The notes beneath the pieces are model-generated. The model was not told where the DNA came from. It did no database searches and saw only the letters and a program-made list of their open reading frames with translations. A program made the position numbers and the translations under genes. Of a stretch of 64,000 bases of DNA, positions 22,143-34,810 are shown one piece after another (the first letter of the stretch is position 1; every line of letters starts with the position of its first letter). Source of the DNA: Macrostomum lignano (lineage: Eukaryota). The DNA is taken from the NCBI GenBank assembly GCA_002269645.1, contig NIVC01002547.1, forward strand, positions 98,360 to 162,359, given 5' to 3'.

Positions 22143-22604
22143 CGTGAGAAACTGCCTCAGTTTCCTCTGTAGCGCACCGCCCGTGCCGCCTCTGCATCCG
22201 GGATTCGCTGGTGCAGGCAGGGGTCTGTTGGTGGCACGGGGAGGGGGGCAACTGCCTGGCCGGCTGCCTGTTGCTTGCGGCAGAAATCAAAGCCGAGATT
22301 TTTGGCTCTGGAAGACTCAGAAAGTGCTTTCTAGATTTGGATGCTTATTGTGCTTAGCTCTTAGATGGCACTGCTTTGCGGCCAAATGATATTCTCACTA
22401 TGTAGTCACCATGGCCAACAACATCGAGTGCCTTCCCGAGTTTATTCTCCAAGCAGCACTGAGATGTAAAACCCGAGTGAAGCGATATTGCTGGAAAATT
22501 TCGCACCGTAAACTGCAGTCTGCGGGCCATAAACAGCGAACCAAAAGTGTCTCATCCATCGCTCCGATAAAACTTTCCCCTTTGTGCCATAGACATTTCC
22601 CACG
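22143..22604. promoter_or_regulatory. Cluster of three CSL/Su(H)-type sites (candidate Notch-responsive enhancer)
   Basis: CGTGAGAA at 22143-22150, TTCTCAC at 22392-22398, TTCCCACG at 22597-22604. Confidence 0.35.
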
Positions 22605-23636
22605 CTGAGACAGTCGGGGTTAAAGAACGCGGAAGCTCAGCGCATGTCCTGTAAAATCTCAGCGAGCAATAAAATATTTATGAAGGCCGAAACTGAACAG
22701 TCAAGCAACAAGCCCTGCTCTGCCCGGCTCCCCGGTTGTCAATGTGGCTCGCAAAATGTTTAATTGTCAGCCCGCGCTCCGCACTGCAGGGCCCGCAGGT
22801 TTGCTCTGATTTCAGTTTCCAAAGCCCATAATTGTAGCGATCCCCAGTTGCCAATGGGAGTTCGGGGGCCATAAAGCACAGAAACTGACACCCAACTGGC
22901 AAAAATGCAGCGAATGCCATGGTTTTTCTTGTTTCACCGACTGCTTTTTGTTACTTTCAGTTCTGCTTTCAGTCGCTCTCGAGTTTCCACGCGCGAGTCG
23001 CCCCGCTGCCCGAAACAGAAATCTCTGGCAGGTTTGGTGCCGTCTCCGTGCGCCCTCATCTCTGGGTTGTTTTCACGGTGGAATTTGTCATTCTGAAACT
23101 TGTCGGGGCATTTTTATGGCCCCGAAGGTCCTTCAGGCAGATGATGACCAATGCGGACTCATGACCCACACTTTGGCTCCCCAGCAAGGCACCGGAAAAC
23201 CGCTGGTTGAGATTGAGGACTCATGGTTGAAATTAAGGAAAAGCTGGTTGGTAAAAGAAACTGCAACGCTTTCAAGAGAAGATTTGATTATCTACGCAGA
23301 AATGACGAGTGGCTCATGGTGTTCAGCATCACAGGCTGATTTTCCAGTGTTAATTGACCCTGCGGCCTGTGAAGAATTGCCTGCCAGATTTATTATCTCT
23401 GTAATTGCTTTCAGCCCGATTCTCAGTGCCGGGGCTTCAGGCCGCAGGTGCGGGCTCGAAACTCCCTCTGCAGATCGCTGCGTCAGTTCGGAGTGCGACA
23501 CCCAATTCCCGGCTAAACAGTGCGGCATTGCGTCACTCGCGGCGGTATCTCCCAGCCTCCTTCATCCTCGGCCCCGGCCGGCAAAGTCAAACAGCCGCAG
23601 ATAAGCTGGAGTGTCAACTTTGCCGTGCAAGTGCGC

Positions 23637-25381
23637 GAGTCATAAAGCTGGATGCTGTCATGACGAGTCATAGAGCTGGATGCTGTCATGAGACGAGTCA
23701 TAGAGGTGTGTGCTGTCATGACACGAGTCATAGAGCTGGATGCTGTCATGACACGAGTCATAGAGCTGGATGCTGTCATGACGAGTCATAGAGCTGGATG
23801 CTGTCATGACACGAGTCATAAAGCTGGATGCTGTCATGACACGAGTCATAAAGCTGGATGCTGTCATGACACGAGTCATAGAGGTGTGTGCTGTCATGAC
23901 ACGAGTCATAGAGGTGTGTGCTGTCATGACACGAGTCATAGAGCTGGATGCTGTCATGGCACGAGTCATAGAGCTGGATGCTGTCATGACACGAGTCATA
24001 GAGCTGGATGCTGTCATGACACGAGTCATAGAGCTGGATGCTGTCATGAAGAGTCATAGAGCTGGATGCTGTCATGACACGAGTCATAAATAGAGCTGGA
24101 TGCTGTCATGACACGAGTCATAGAGGTGTGTGCTGTCATGACACGAGTCATAGAGGTGTGTGCTGTCATGACACGAGTCATAGAGCTGGATGCTGTCATG
24201 GCACGAGTCATAGAGCTGGATGCTGTCATGACACGAGTCATAGAGGTGTGTGCTGTCATGACACGAGTCATAGAGCTGGATGCTGTCATGGCACGAGTCA
24301 TAGAGCTGGATGCTGTCATGACACGAGTCATAGAGCTGGATGCTGTCATGACACGAGTCATAGAGCTGGATGCTGTCATGAAGAGTCATAGAGCTGGATG
24401 CTGTCATGACACGAGTCATAAATAGAGCTGGATGCTGTCATGACACGAGTCATAGAGGTGTGTGCTGTCATGACACGAGTCATAGAGGTGTGTGCTGTCA
24501 TGACACGAGTCATAGAGGTGTGTGCTGTCATGACACGAGTCATAGAGGTGTGTGCTGTCATGACACGAGTCATAGAGCTGGATGCTGTCATGGCACGAGT
24601 CATAGAGCTGGATGCTGTCATGACACGAGTCATAGAGCTGGATGCTGTCATGACACGAGTCATAGAGCTGGATGCTGTCATGAAGAGTCATAGAGCTGGA
24701 TGCTGTCATGACACGAGTCATAAATAGAGCTGGATGCTGTCATGACACGAGTCATAGAGGTGTGTGCTGTCATGACACGAGTCATAGAGGTGTGTGCTGT
24801 CATGACACGAGTCATAGAGCTGGATGCTGTCATGGCACGAGTCATAGAGCTGGATGCTGTCATGACACGAGTCATAGAGGTGTGTGCTGTCATGACACGA
24901 GTCATAGAGCTGGATGCTGTCATGGCACGAGTCATAGAGCTGGATGCTGTCATGACACGAGTCATAGAGCTGGATGCTGTCATGACACGAGTCATAGAGC
25001 TGGATGCTGTCATGAAGAGTCATAGAGCTGGATGCTGTCATGACACGAGTCATAAATAGAGCTGGATGCTGTCATGACACGAGTCATAGAGGTGTGTGCT
25101 GTCATGACACGAGTCATAGAGGTGTGTGCTGTCATGACACGAGTCATAGAGCTGGATGCTGTCATGGCACGAGTCATAGAGCTGGATGCTGTCATGACAC
25201 GAGTCATAGAGCTGGATGCTGTCATGACACGAGTCATAGAGCTGGATGCTGTCATGACGAGTCATAGAGCTGGATGCTGTCATGACACGAGTCATAAATA
25301 GAGCTGGATGCTGTCATGACACGAGTCATAGAGGTGTGTGCTGTCATGACACGAGTCATAAAGCTGGATGCTGTCATGACA
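23637..25381. repeat. 30-bp minisatellite with higher-order structure
   Basis: Unit GAGTCATAGAGCTGGATGCTGTCATGACAC; the marker variant GAGTCATAAATAGAG recurs at 24081, 24413, 24715, 25047 and 25289. Confidence 0.97.
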
Positions 25382-26399
25382 AGAGTCCTAGCAACAGAGT
25401 CATTTGCCTTGAAAAAAGCCACCAAAAGCCGGCGGGCCTTCCAAGAGCGCAGAAGTCTCGCGACCGCCCCAGCAGCTGCCGCACGAAGGCCCAACAGCCG
25501 CATCTGTAAAGTTAAGGCGAGCTCGAAATGCTTAGGGAGTTCGCACCGCTCCGAACGCTTCGGCCACTTCAGCGCTCCTTCTTCGATCCCCGCACGGGCG
25601 GCGCTGACCCGGATGCAGTCGCACCTGGCCGGATTACGCCACGGGCCCGCCCCTCCAGCTCATTGATATCCCACTGATGCCCCAGCGTGACGGGCCTGGG
25701 GATTAAGCACAGCTGGGGTCAGCTGACTGGCCAGTTTAGCTAAACAAAACTTGCAGGCAAACTGCAGGCCTCGGCAACGAGTTTATGGCGCAGGCTCGAG
25801 TAGCGAATATTTATATTATTGAAAACTGCGGGCGGTGACGCAAGTCTCCCGCAGTGTCATCCGAGCTGTCACCGATGACGAGAGTCCGGGGATGGCCGGC
25901 TTCCGCCCTCCTCCTGACTCGTAATTGCCTTCTCAAAGCTGCTGTCTATGGCCGCGACCCCCCGCCGGCCTCCGTGCGGCTCGCGACAAAAACTCGGCGT
26001 GGCGTCACCGCTGAGCAGCCGGATGGAGCCCCCCTGTCTCCGGGCCGAGATGGCCTGCATTGTTGTTCGAGTGGCAATTCGATCTAATTCGAATCGAATA
26101 TCCATCTATTTCCCAAGCTCGGGCTCAACAAGTATTTGGCCAGCATTGCCTGCTTGTGAATTGGGAAACATGCAATTTTAGGACACTCGACTGGCCCACG
26201 GGAGATGCGAAGTGTGCCGTGCGATGGCCTGTCAGTCACGGATTCTGGAGCTGCTCAGCTGCTCTGCTATCGCCCGGTTACTGGGGCTCAGTTGATGCTT
26301 AAGGTGTGCGCGCAGGGAAAGGGGAAGAGTAGAGCTGAGACTGTGGGATGGAGAGAGCGTTTAAAATAGAGAGGGACAGCGGGTCAGAGAAAGGGAGAC

Positions 26400-26645
26400 G
26401 AGTGAGACAGATAGATTTAGATACAGAGATACAGACAGATACAGACAGATACAGACAGATACAGAGATACAGATGGATATAGACAGATACTGAGATACAG
26501 ATGGATACAGACAGATACAGAGAGAGACAGATAGATACAGAGGCAGAGAGAGACAGACAGAGATAGATAGATTTAGATACAGACAGATGCAGACAGATAC
26601 AGACAGATGCAGACAGATGCAGACAAGCACAATTAGAGACAGACA
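26400..26645. repeat. Degenerate (ACAGAT)n-type microsatellite
   Basis: Repeated ACAGAT/AGAT/AGAC motifs. Confidence 0.85.
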
Positions 26646-28852
26646 TTGAAGCTCAAGGTCAAAGCTGACCGCAATTCAGGATAAAGAGGCAGTTGATTTG
26701 TAGAAAGCACATTTCCTAAGCGGACTGATGGACACAAAGCTAGGCTCGTGATGCGAGGCACAGGGGAAAATGCCAGAGAAAAGGCGATAAGAGTGTGTAA
26801 TGCATGGCTGGTTCGCAACTGACCAGTCAAACAGTGAAAGCCTGTCATAGCGGAATTCAAGTCCTCAATAGAAAAATTTCAAGCCATTAGCCAGCCTGAC
26901 TCGTGCACCAATTTTACGAAGTGCCGACCTGGCCAAACAAATTGCATGGAAACGCCTTGTCGAATGTGAGAGAAAAACAAAGACTCACTAATGCAGCTTG
27001 CTGGATAAAGATCGGCACTCCCCGGCAAATGAAAACAGCAACGGGAAGGGTGGGGGTGGGGGACGGCCGCCCTCCTCCAGGCGATGTCCAAGGCGGCTGT
27101 TTGCGGCAGTTCTTCACGGGCCGCGCGCCTCAACAAAGCCGCTGTTGGCCCCGTGTCCGCAGCGAAGCGGGGAGAATCCAATTTGGGCAGGGGGTCCGGG
27201 CCATAGAACACGGCGGCCCGGCAACAGTGCAGCGGGCCCTAATTGCAGGAGTGCAATACGGGCCAACTGCCCACTTAATCACCAGTTGCTCCGGAGGCCC
27301 CGAGGCGGCAAGCGGGGGCCTCCCCGAGCACTTCGGTCGGTGAGACCCGAGCTGCCTCAGTGGGGATCGATCTCCCCGCGTGTCCATCTCTATCTAATTT
27401 GAGTCTCTCAGATCCCGCATGCGCGGGATAATGCAATAATTTGTCAATTATGTTCCCAAGCGGCGTCTCCGGCCCACGGGAGGAGCTGGCGAGACAATGC
27501 CCGGCCTCAATGCCGACTGGGTGCGAGGATGACGAGCGCGCGCGGCACTTAATAACCGCGAAACTCATAAATCAATTCTCGATCGAGCTGCTCCCCTTTC
27601 ATTCGGCGCAAAGATAAATCAGCCGAAAGAGTTTTTGTGTGAGCAGGGCATGTCGCAGAGTGTGCCGGTGACAGGCCAGTGACAACACAGCTCAGCTCAA
27701 TGACAGAGTTTACATAAATTTGAGCAGTTTGTCACCCCGCATATTTGCTCTCATTGATTGGTACACCTCATGCTCCAATTGTATTGAAAATTCATTCGAA
27801 TCCATTTTTGGGGATCGCAAAGCGATGGGATCTCATTGTTGCCTCATCCGAGCAAACGATTCCCCCTGGCCCCGTCAAGTGGCGCCACTCGAGGCTGCTG
27901 GAGGCCGACGATTGCGCGGGCGGCTTTTTAAAGTTTTTGCTGCCTTCACTCAAATTGGCTGGGGCCGAGCATTCCAGCAAAAATATACAAAAATACACAG
28001 GGCGCCCCGCTGCGCGGCCGGCTGTGGACACAGCGGATCAGCGCAGCCCAGCAGCCTCACAAAGTCCTGTCAACAAGCGGCAAAAAGCAATTCGAGCTCG
28101 GGACTCGCGCAATCGCCGCCGTTGGTGGCTCCGAGAGGCCCCGCGGCTTGCGCAATGCGCCTGTTCTGGAAGACATGCTTCTTTAGCAAGGTTTGTCCAA
28201 CGGAAATGAATAAGCCAATAACACGAGAGGTTTTTTAGCAACAAGGCTTGGGAAGTGGGTTGTGCGGCCACAAGTGGGGACTCGGGACTGCAGCTCGAAA
28301 CATAAATTTAGCCTTGTTGAGCCCACTTGACAGCCTGAGTGGCCTCATAAATCGATATCGATACAACTCAGATTGCGAGCGGCCGCTCATTAGCATGGCT
28401 TTGCATATCTAAATAGCATAACTTTGAGTCCGAGCTCACACACCGTCTCTGTGGCCTCCATTCCGGCCACTTGGTCAGTTGAGAGCCCCAATTTTTTACG
28501 AACAATCTGACCGCGCAAGCAGATTTCATAAGACTGGAAAAAAACACTGGCCAATTTGCTTGAGAAAGAACAAAGCTCTTACAACCTTGATTCTTGAGTC
28601 TCCAGACCTTTGATCTGATATTGGAGCTATTGTTATGAGTTTTGAATATTTGAATTCAAGACTTAATAGTTTAATATCGTAAACAGGGCTTTGACTTTGG
28701 GGCCTCAAAATTTGTATCTGCGCTTTTTTACTCTGACTGCCTGGCTCTCCGATTCCTTGGAGCTGTCTGAGGCCATGTGCAATTTATCTTTAATATTTCT
28801 AATGAATAAATTGTGAAAGCAGGTGAACTCCTTTTATCCATGGTTTTGTTCA

Positions 28853-29168
28853 TTGTATTGGATTCGCACTCATTGCATTGGATTCGCACTCATTGCATTG
28901 GATTCGCACTCATTGCATTGGATTCGCACTCATTGCATTGGATTTGCACTCATTGCATTGGATTTGCACTCATTGCATTGGATTCGCACTCATTGCATTG
29001 GATTTGCACTCATTGCATTGGATTCGCACTCATTGCATTGGATTCGCACTCATTGCATTGGATTTGCACTCATTGCATTGGATTCGCACTCATTGCATTG
29101 GATTCGCACTCATTGCATTGGATTCGCACTCATTGCATTGGATTCGCACTCATTGCATTGGATTCGCA
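28853..29168. repeat. 20-bp minisatellite
   Basis: Unit GGATT(C/T)GCACTCATTGCATT, about 15 copies. Confidence 0.96.
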
Positions 29169-29672
29169 ACCGCCTTTATAGCGCAATTAATGCAATGCTA
29201 CAGCTATAGTGCAATGCACCCAGCCCATTCATTCGATGCGTGAAAAGGAAGAACAGCAACAGAAGCAGTAATTAATTTCGGGATAAATTTTCACCGGATA
29301 TCTCTTATCTGTACAGAAACTCACTCCAAATGATGTTTTATTTGCCACATGGAAATTAATGTGCTTCATTGTCCACACCAACTAGTTAAGTCAATACAAT
29401 AAAATACAATATGAAAGCGTATTATTTGTAGTGTTCCAGGCGGAGTCGTACCAATACATAGGAAATATTCAGACACGTGAAAACTTGCATGCAGACAGTT
29501 TAAAGCCTTGGCATTCACAAGAGCAAATAAGGCAGACAGTGGCAATTATGTATGTACAGGAAAACGCTGAGATTTGAAGCATTGCATAAGTAAGCAGGGC
29601 TGTACAAAATGGCTGCTATAAGCGAGTCTCTATCACAGGCTGGGCTGCGGGTTCGCAAGCTGCCGCCAGGGT

Positions 29673-30107
29673 TCACCAGGGCCGCCACACTGGCGCGGAG
29701 GAGGCTGCGCCGTGCCAGCTGTTCGAGTCCTCGGCCTGCATCGGCGATGCCTGCGGGGCGTCGGAGGCGCATCGAACCAGCGGCTGTCGGCGGCTGTCGG
29801 CGGCCTCTGCAGGAGCCTCGGTGGCTCCGCTGGCGCCGTGGTTGTCCAGGCAGCCCAGCGGCCGGCGCTGCTGCTTCTGCTGGCGTTGCTGGCGCTGCTG
29901 CAGGCAGGAGACAGTCAGCTCCAGGATGTCGGCCTTCTCCAGCTTCTGGTACTGGGTGGGATCCAGCTGGAACTGCTCCATCAGCAGCTCCTTGAGCTGG
30001 TCGAGGCTGGCGTTGATCCTCGCTCGTCTCTTGCGCTCCATCATCTGCTTGGTGACCCGACGGCTCTGCTGCTGGCAGGGGCCGCTGCTGCTGTTCAGGT
30101 TCTCCAT
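29673..30107 (-). CDS. Intronless HES/E(spl)-family bHLH repressor with C-terminal WRPW, 144 aa
   Basis: RRVTKQMMERKRRARINASLDQLKELL...KLEKADILELTVSCL; ends VWRPW*. ATG at 30105-30107 with a TATA box upstream. Confidence 0.93.
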   Translation of the reverse strand: MENLNSSSGPCQQQSRRVTKQMMERKRRARINASLDQLKELLMEQFQLDPTQYQKLEKADILELTVSCLQQRQQRQQKQQRRPLGCLDNHGASGATEAPAEAADSRRQPLVRCASDAPQASPMQAEDSNSWHGAASSAPVWRPW

Positions 30108-30198
30108 CACTGCTTGGCGGAGTCTGGGCTGAGTTCGGAAAGCTTGGAGTCGATGGGATGCTTGGCTTGCGAGCCTCTCCCCAGGGACCCTTGGCGAG

Positions 30199-30275
30199 TT
30201 TTATAGGCCTCATCTGGGGTGGAGGGGGTGGCGCCCCTCCGAGCGCCCGCCAATGGCAGACGCGTGCCAGCCAAT
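30199..30275 (-). promoter_or_regulatory. HES gene core promoter: TATA box, two CCAAT boxes and a class-C E-box
   Basis: Minus-strand TATAAAA at 30199-30205; CCAAT at 30250 and 30271; TGGCACGCG on the minus strand at 30261-30269. Confidence 0.6.
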
Positions 30276-30714
30276 GGGAGCCCCTCGCCCTTTCTCCCCG
30301 GCCACCCCGAGTCCCCTCTGTTGCCAACCGTGAAAATGCGGGAGGAATTAGGGATACTGTGAGGGATACAAGCTATTTGGGGATCATTGGCCAGATCTGG
30401 CACGCTCTGGACTCAAGCCATCAATTTGCGCTGAGCACAGACGCCGGGCATTGCGAGATGTTGTGCAACAAACACGGCAGTCAGTTTTGGGGCCCTGCAG
30501 TTTCCAGCGGGCATCCTGCATGAGGGCAGTTGAGCCACCCCAGCCAGCTCAGCTCGGCCGTGACCATGACGGATGTTGGTGAAGGGCCAAATTTGTACAG
30601 GTGTAATTGTGGCCATTGAGCTGTAATTGAGCTCGGCAACTATCTGACATTGGCGGAGAATAAGTTGATCCAGTCGCTTGATAATTTGATAAAAGCTTTT
30701 AGATAAGTTGGACT

Positions 30715-31071
30715 GCATACGGGATCGGTAAAGTGCAAATGCACCATGAGCATACAGGATCGGTAAAAGTGCAAAGGCACCATGAGCATGCAGGATCGGT
30801 AAAAGTGCAAATGCACCATGAGCATACAGGATCGGTAAAAGTGCAAAGGCACCATGAGCATGCAGGATCGGTAAAGTGCAAATGCACCATGAGCATACAG
30901 GATCGGTAAAAGTGCAAAGGCACCATGAGCATGCAGGATCGGTAAAGTGCAAATGCACCATGAGCATACAGTATCGGTAAAGTGCAAATGCATCATGAGC
31001 ATACAGGATCGGTAAAGTGCAAATGCACAATGAGCATACAGGATCGGTAAAAGTGCAAATGCACCATGAGC
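30715..31071. repeat. 36/37-bp minisatellite
   Basis: Unit GGATCGGTAAA(A)GTGCAAA(T/G)GCACCATGAGCAT(A/G)CA. Confidence 0.94.
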
Positions 31072-31648
31072 AGCAAGACAAGAATAAGGACTTACGCCAG
31101 AGACATGACTAACTTATGTAAAGAATCTGTGCTGAATTACAATGCTGATTAGGTATGAATGTCATTCATTTATAGTAATTTAATCAACTTTGCCTGTTCG
31201 CCTTGCCTATGTCCCTAGTGTTAAGCTCGCGGAGATTATTGGTAGCGTTAACTCCGCTACCATAGACAAACTTAAAATTGATAGTAAAACAAGAACACGT
31301 ATATTTATTGAACGTTAAAACGGTAAACAAGCGTTTAGTCAGTTATAGTTGTTTTAGTTCGTTAGTCTACAACTTTTTATTGCTATCACTATTGCTGAGC
31401 AATATTGTTGATGGAGGAGCTGAAATTTCACACTCAGATCTCGATCTCATTGAATTTTTTGCCACAGATTTCTATTCTCTTTAGAAATCTTTAGTCCAGA
31501 CTTTTCACATGCTCTCATACAAATTATTCTATAAATCCATTGACCCAAAACTAATCAGACTCACATGAAAATTTCCAAAGTGAACAAAATTCGACTCACT
31601 TAAACCGTGAATGCCAGCGCAGTTCATCTTCAGCTTCTTCGATCTCCA

Positions 31649-33327
31649 GGTCAGCCATACGATAATCCCTCAGGGTTGGTCAGCCATACGATAATCCCTC
31701 AGGGTTGGTCAGCCATACGATAATCCCTCAGGGTTGGTCAGCCATACGATAATCCCTCAGGGTTGGTCAGCCATACGATAATCCCTCAGGGTTGGTCAGC
31801 CATACGATAATCCCTCAGGGTTGGTCAGCCATACGATAATCCCTCAGGGTTGGTCAGCCATACGATAATCCCTCAGGGTTGGTCAGCCATACGATAATCC
31901 CTCAGGGTTGGTCAGCCATACGATAATCCCTCAGGGTTGGTCAGCCATACGATAATCCCTCAGGGTTGGTCAGCCATACGATAATCCCTCAGGGTTGGTC
32001 AGCCATACGATAATCCCTCAGGGTTGGTCAGCCATACGATAATCCCTCAGGGTTGGTCAGCCATACGATAATCCCTCAGGGTTGGTCAGCCATACGATAA
32101 TCCCCAGGGTTGGTCAGCCATACGATAATCCCTCAGGGTTGGTCAGCCATACGATAATCCCCAGGGTTGGTCAGCCATACGATAATCCCTCAGGGTTGGT
32201 CAGCCATACGATAATCCCTCAGGGTTGGTCAGCCATACGATAATCCCTCAGGGTTGGTCAGCCATACGATAATCCCTCAGGGTTGGTCAGCCATACGATA
32301 ATCCCTCAGGGTTGGTCAGCCATACGATAATCCCTCAGGGTTGGTCAGCCATACGATAATCCCTCAGGGTTGGTCAGCCATACGATAATCCCTCAGGGTT
32401 GGTCAGCCATACGATAATCCCTCAGGGTTGGTCAGCCATACGATAATCCCTCAGGGTTGGTCAGCCATACGATAATCCCTCAGGGTTGGTCAGCCATACG
32501 ATAATCCCTCAGGGTTGGTCAGCCATACGATAATCCCTCAGGGTTGGTCAGCCATACGATAATCCCTCAGGGTTGGTCAGCCATACGATAATCCCTCAGG
32601 GTTGGTCAGCCATACGATAATCCCTCAGGGTTGGTCAGCCATACGATAATCCCTCAGGGTTGGTCAGCCATACGATAATCCCTCAGGGTTGGTCAGCTAT
32701 ACGATAATCCCTCAGGGTTGGTCAGCCATACGATAATCCCTCAGGGTTGGTCAGCCATACGATAATCCCTCAGGGTTGGTCAGCCATACGATAATCCCTC
32801 AGGGTTGGTCAGCCATACGATAATCCCTCAGGGTTGGTCAGCCATACGATAATCCCTCAGGGTTGGTCAGCCATACGATAATCCCTCAGGGTTGGTCAGC
32901 CATACGATAATCCCTCAGGGTTGGTCAGCCATACGATAATCCCTCAGGGTTGGTCAGCCATACGATAATCCCTCAGGGTTGGTCAGCCATACGATAATCC
33001 CTCAGGGTTGGTCAGCCATACGATAATCCCTCAGGGTTGGTCAGCCATACGATAATCCCTCAGGGTTGGTCAGCCATACGATAATCCCTCAGGGTTGGTC
33101 AGCCATACGATAATCCCTCAGGGTTGGTCAGCCATACGATAATCCCTCAGGGTTGGTCAGCCATACGATAATCCCTCAGGGTTGGTCAGCCATACGATAA
33201 TCCCTCAGGGTTGGTCAGCCATACGATAATCCCTCAGGGTTGGTCAGCCATACGATAATCCCTCAGGGTTGGTCAGCCATACGATAATTCCTCAGGGTTG
33301 GTCAGCCATACGATAATTCCTCAGGGC
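31649..33327. repeat. Highly homogeneous 29-bp minisatellite, about 58 copies
   Basis: Unit GGTCAGCCATACGATAATCCCTCAGGGTT with very few variants. Confidence 0.98.
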
Positions 33328-33594
33328 TGGTCAGCTAACTGAGATACCGAGAAGGCCCAGTCCCGGCATGGACTGAATTGAAATGACTTTTGAAGGCCAT
33401 CCACCGAAGTCCGAGACCGAGTGAATCGAATAAGGACTGGCGGATGCCTCTCATCCTACTATGGCAGTAGTGCGGTCCGACTGCATGCCTGACTGCATGC
33501 TGGCTCAGCAGCTGTTGCATTGGAACTTTTCAAAGATGCAGATTGTTGAATGAAAAGCACAATTCTGAATACAAATTAGTAGCTAATGAGCTCA

Positions 33595-33817
33595 GAACTA
33601 GCCCAGCAATAGCCATGAACTAGCCCAGCAATAGCCATGAACTAGCCCAGCAATAGCCATGAACTAGCCCAGCAATAGCCATGAACTAGCCCAGCAATAG
33701 CCACGAACTAGCCCAGCAATAGCCATGAACTAGCCCAGCAATAGCCATGAACTAGCCCAGCAATAGCCATGAACTAGCCCAGCAATAGCCCAGCAATAGC
33801 CATGAACTAGCCCAGTA
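33595..33817. repeat. 22-bp minisatellite
   Basis: Unit GAACTAGCCCAGCAATAGCCAT. Confidence 0.95.
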
Positions 33818-34441
33818 ATAGCTCACCGAATCCATCGAAGAAAGCCGGTGAATCAAAGTCATGAGAATAGCTATAAAAACTTACATTAGCAAATAAAAAA
33901 CCGAAACCGGTGCCTCATTTATTACTAGAATCAGTACTGGCCGCACTGCACGGGTTCTAAATGAAGATAGCCTTCAAAATTGAACAAAATTTGAGGCAAG
34001 ATATGAAGATTAAAAACTTCCCAAGAAATTTAGAATCCGAATTGCAACTCGCTTCTCCGAGACAGTTCGCCAGACTGAGCGCAAGCAATTAAACGCTCAT
34101 AATTGAAGGAGGCTTTATAGCAGAAATTTCTGTCAGAGATGCTTTTGCAGAAACTTGTAACAGACAAGTCTGCGGCAGTTTTGCTCCCGGCAGTAAACTG
34201 GCCATAAATCAGCGAGGAAGCTCAGCTCCTGCCGCCAGTGTCTGCCCGACCCTGCTGCCTTTGTCCCGTGAGCTGCCCTCAGGGAATTCGGTTGCAACTG
34301 GTGGAGTCCCGTCTCCAGCCTCCCTACCGGCTCCTGACCGGAATTCCCGCATCTCCGAAAACCCTGGGGAAGTGAGACGGCTGAGACCGGAATCTCGTGT
34401 CATAGCGGGTGCACAGTCTCCATGGGACACTCGCTACCTTT

Positions 34442-34810
34442 CTGGGCTACTGATGAGCTCTTGCTGGGCTACTGATGAGCTGTTGCTGGGCTACTGATGA
34501 GCTGTTGCTGGGCTACTGATGAGCTCTTGCTGGGCTACTGATGAGCTGTTGCTGGGCTACTGATGAGCTGTTGCTGGGCTACTGATGAGCTCTTGGTGGG
34601 CTACTGATGAGCTGTTGCTGGGCTACTGATGAGCTGTTGCTGGGCTACTGATGAGCTCTTGGTGGGCTACTGATGAGCTGTTGCTGGGCTACTGATGAGC
34701 TGTTGCTGGGCTACTGATGAGCTCTTGGTGGGCTACTGATGAGCTGTTGCTGGGCTACTGATGAGCTGTTGCTGGGCTACTGATGAGCTGTTGCTGAGCT
34801 ACTGATGATC
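34442..34810. repeat. 22-bp minisatellite, inverted relative of 33595-33817
   Basis: Unit GGGCTACTGATGAGCT(G/C)TTG(C/G)T. Confidence 0.95.
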
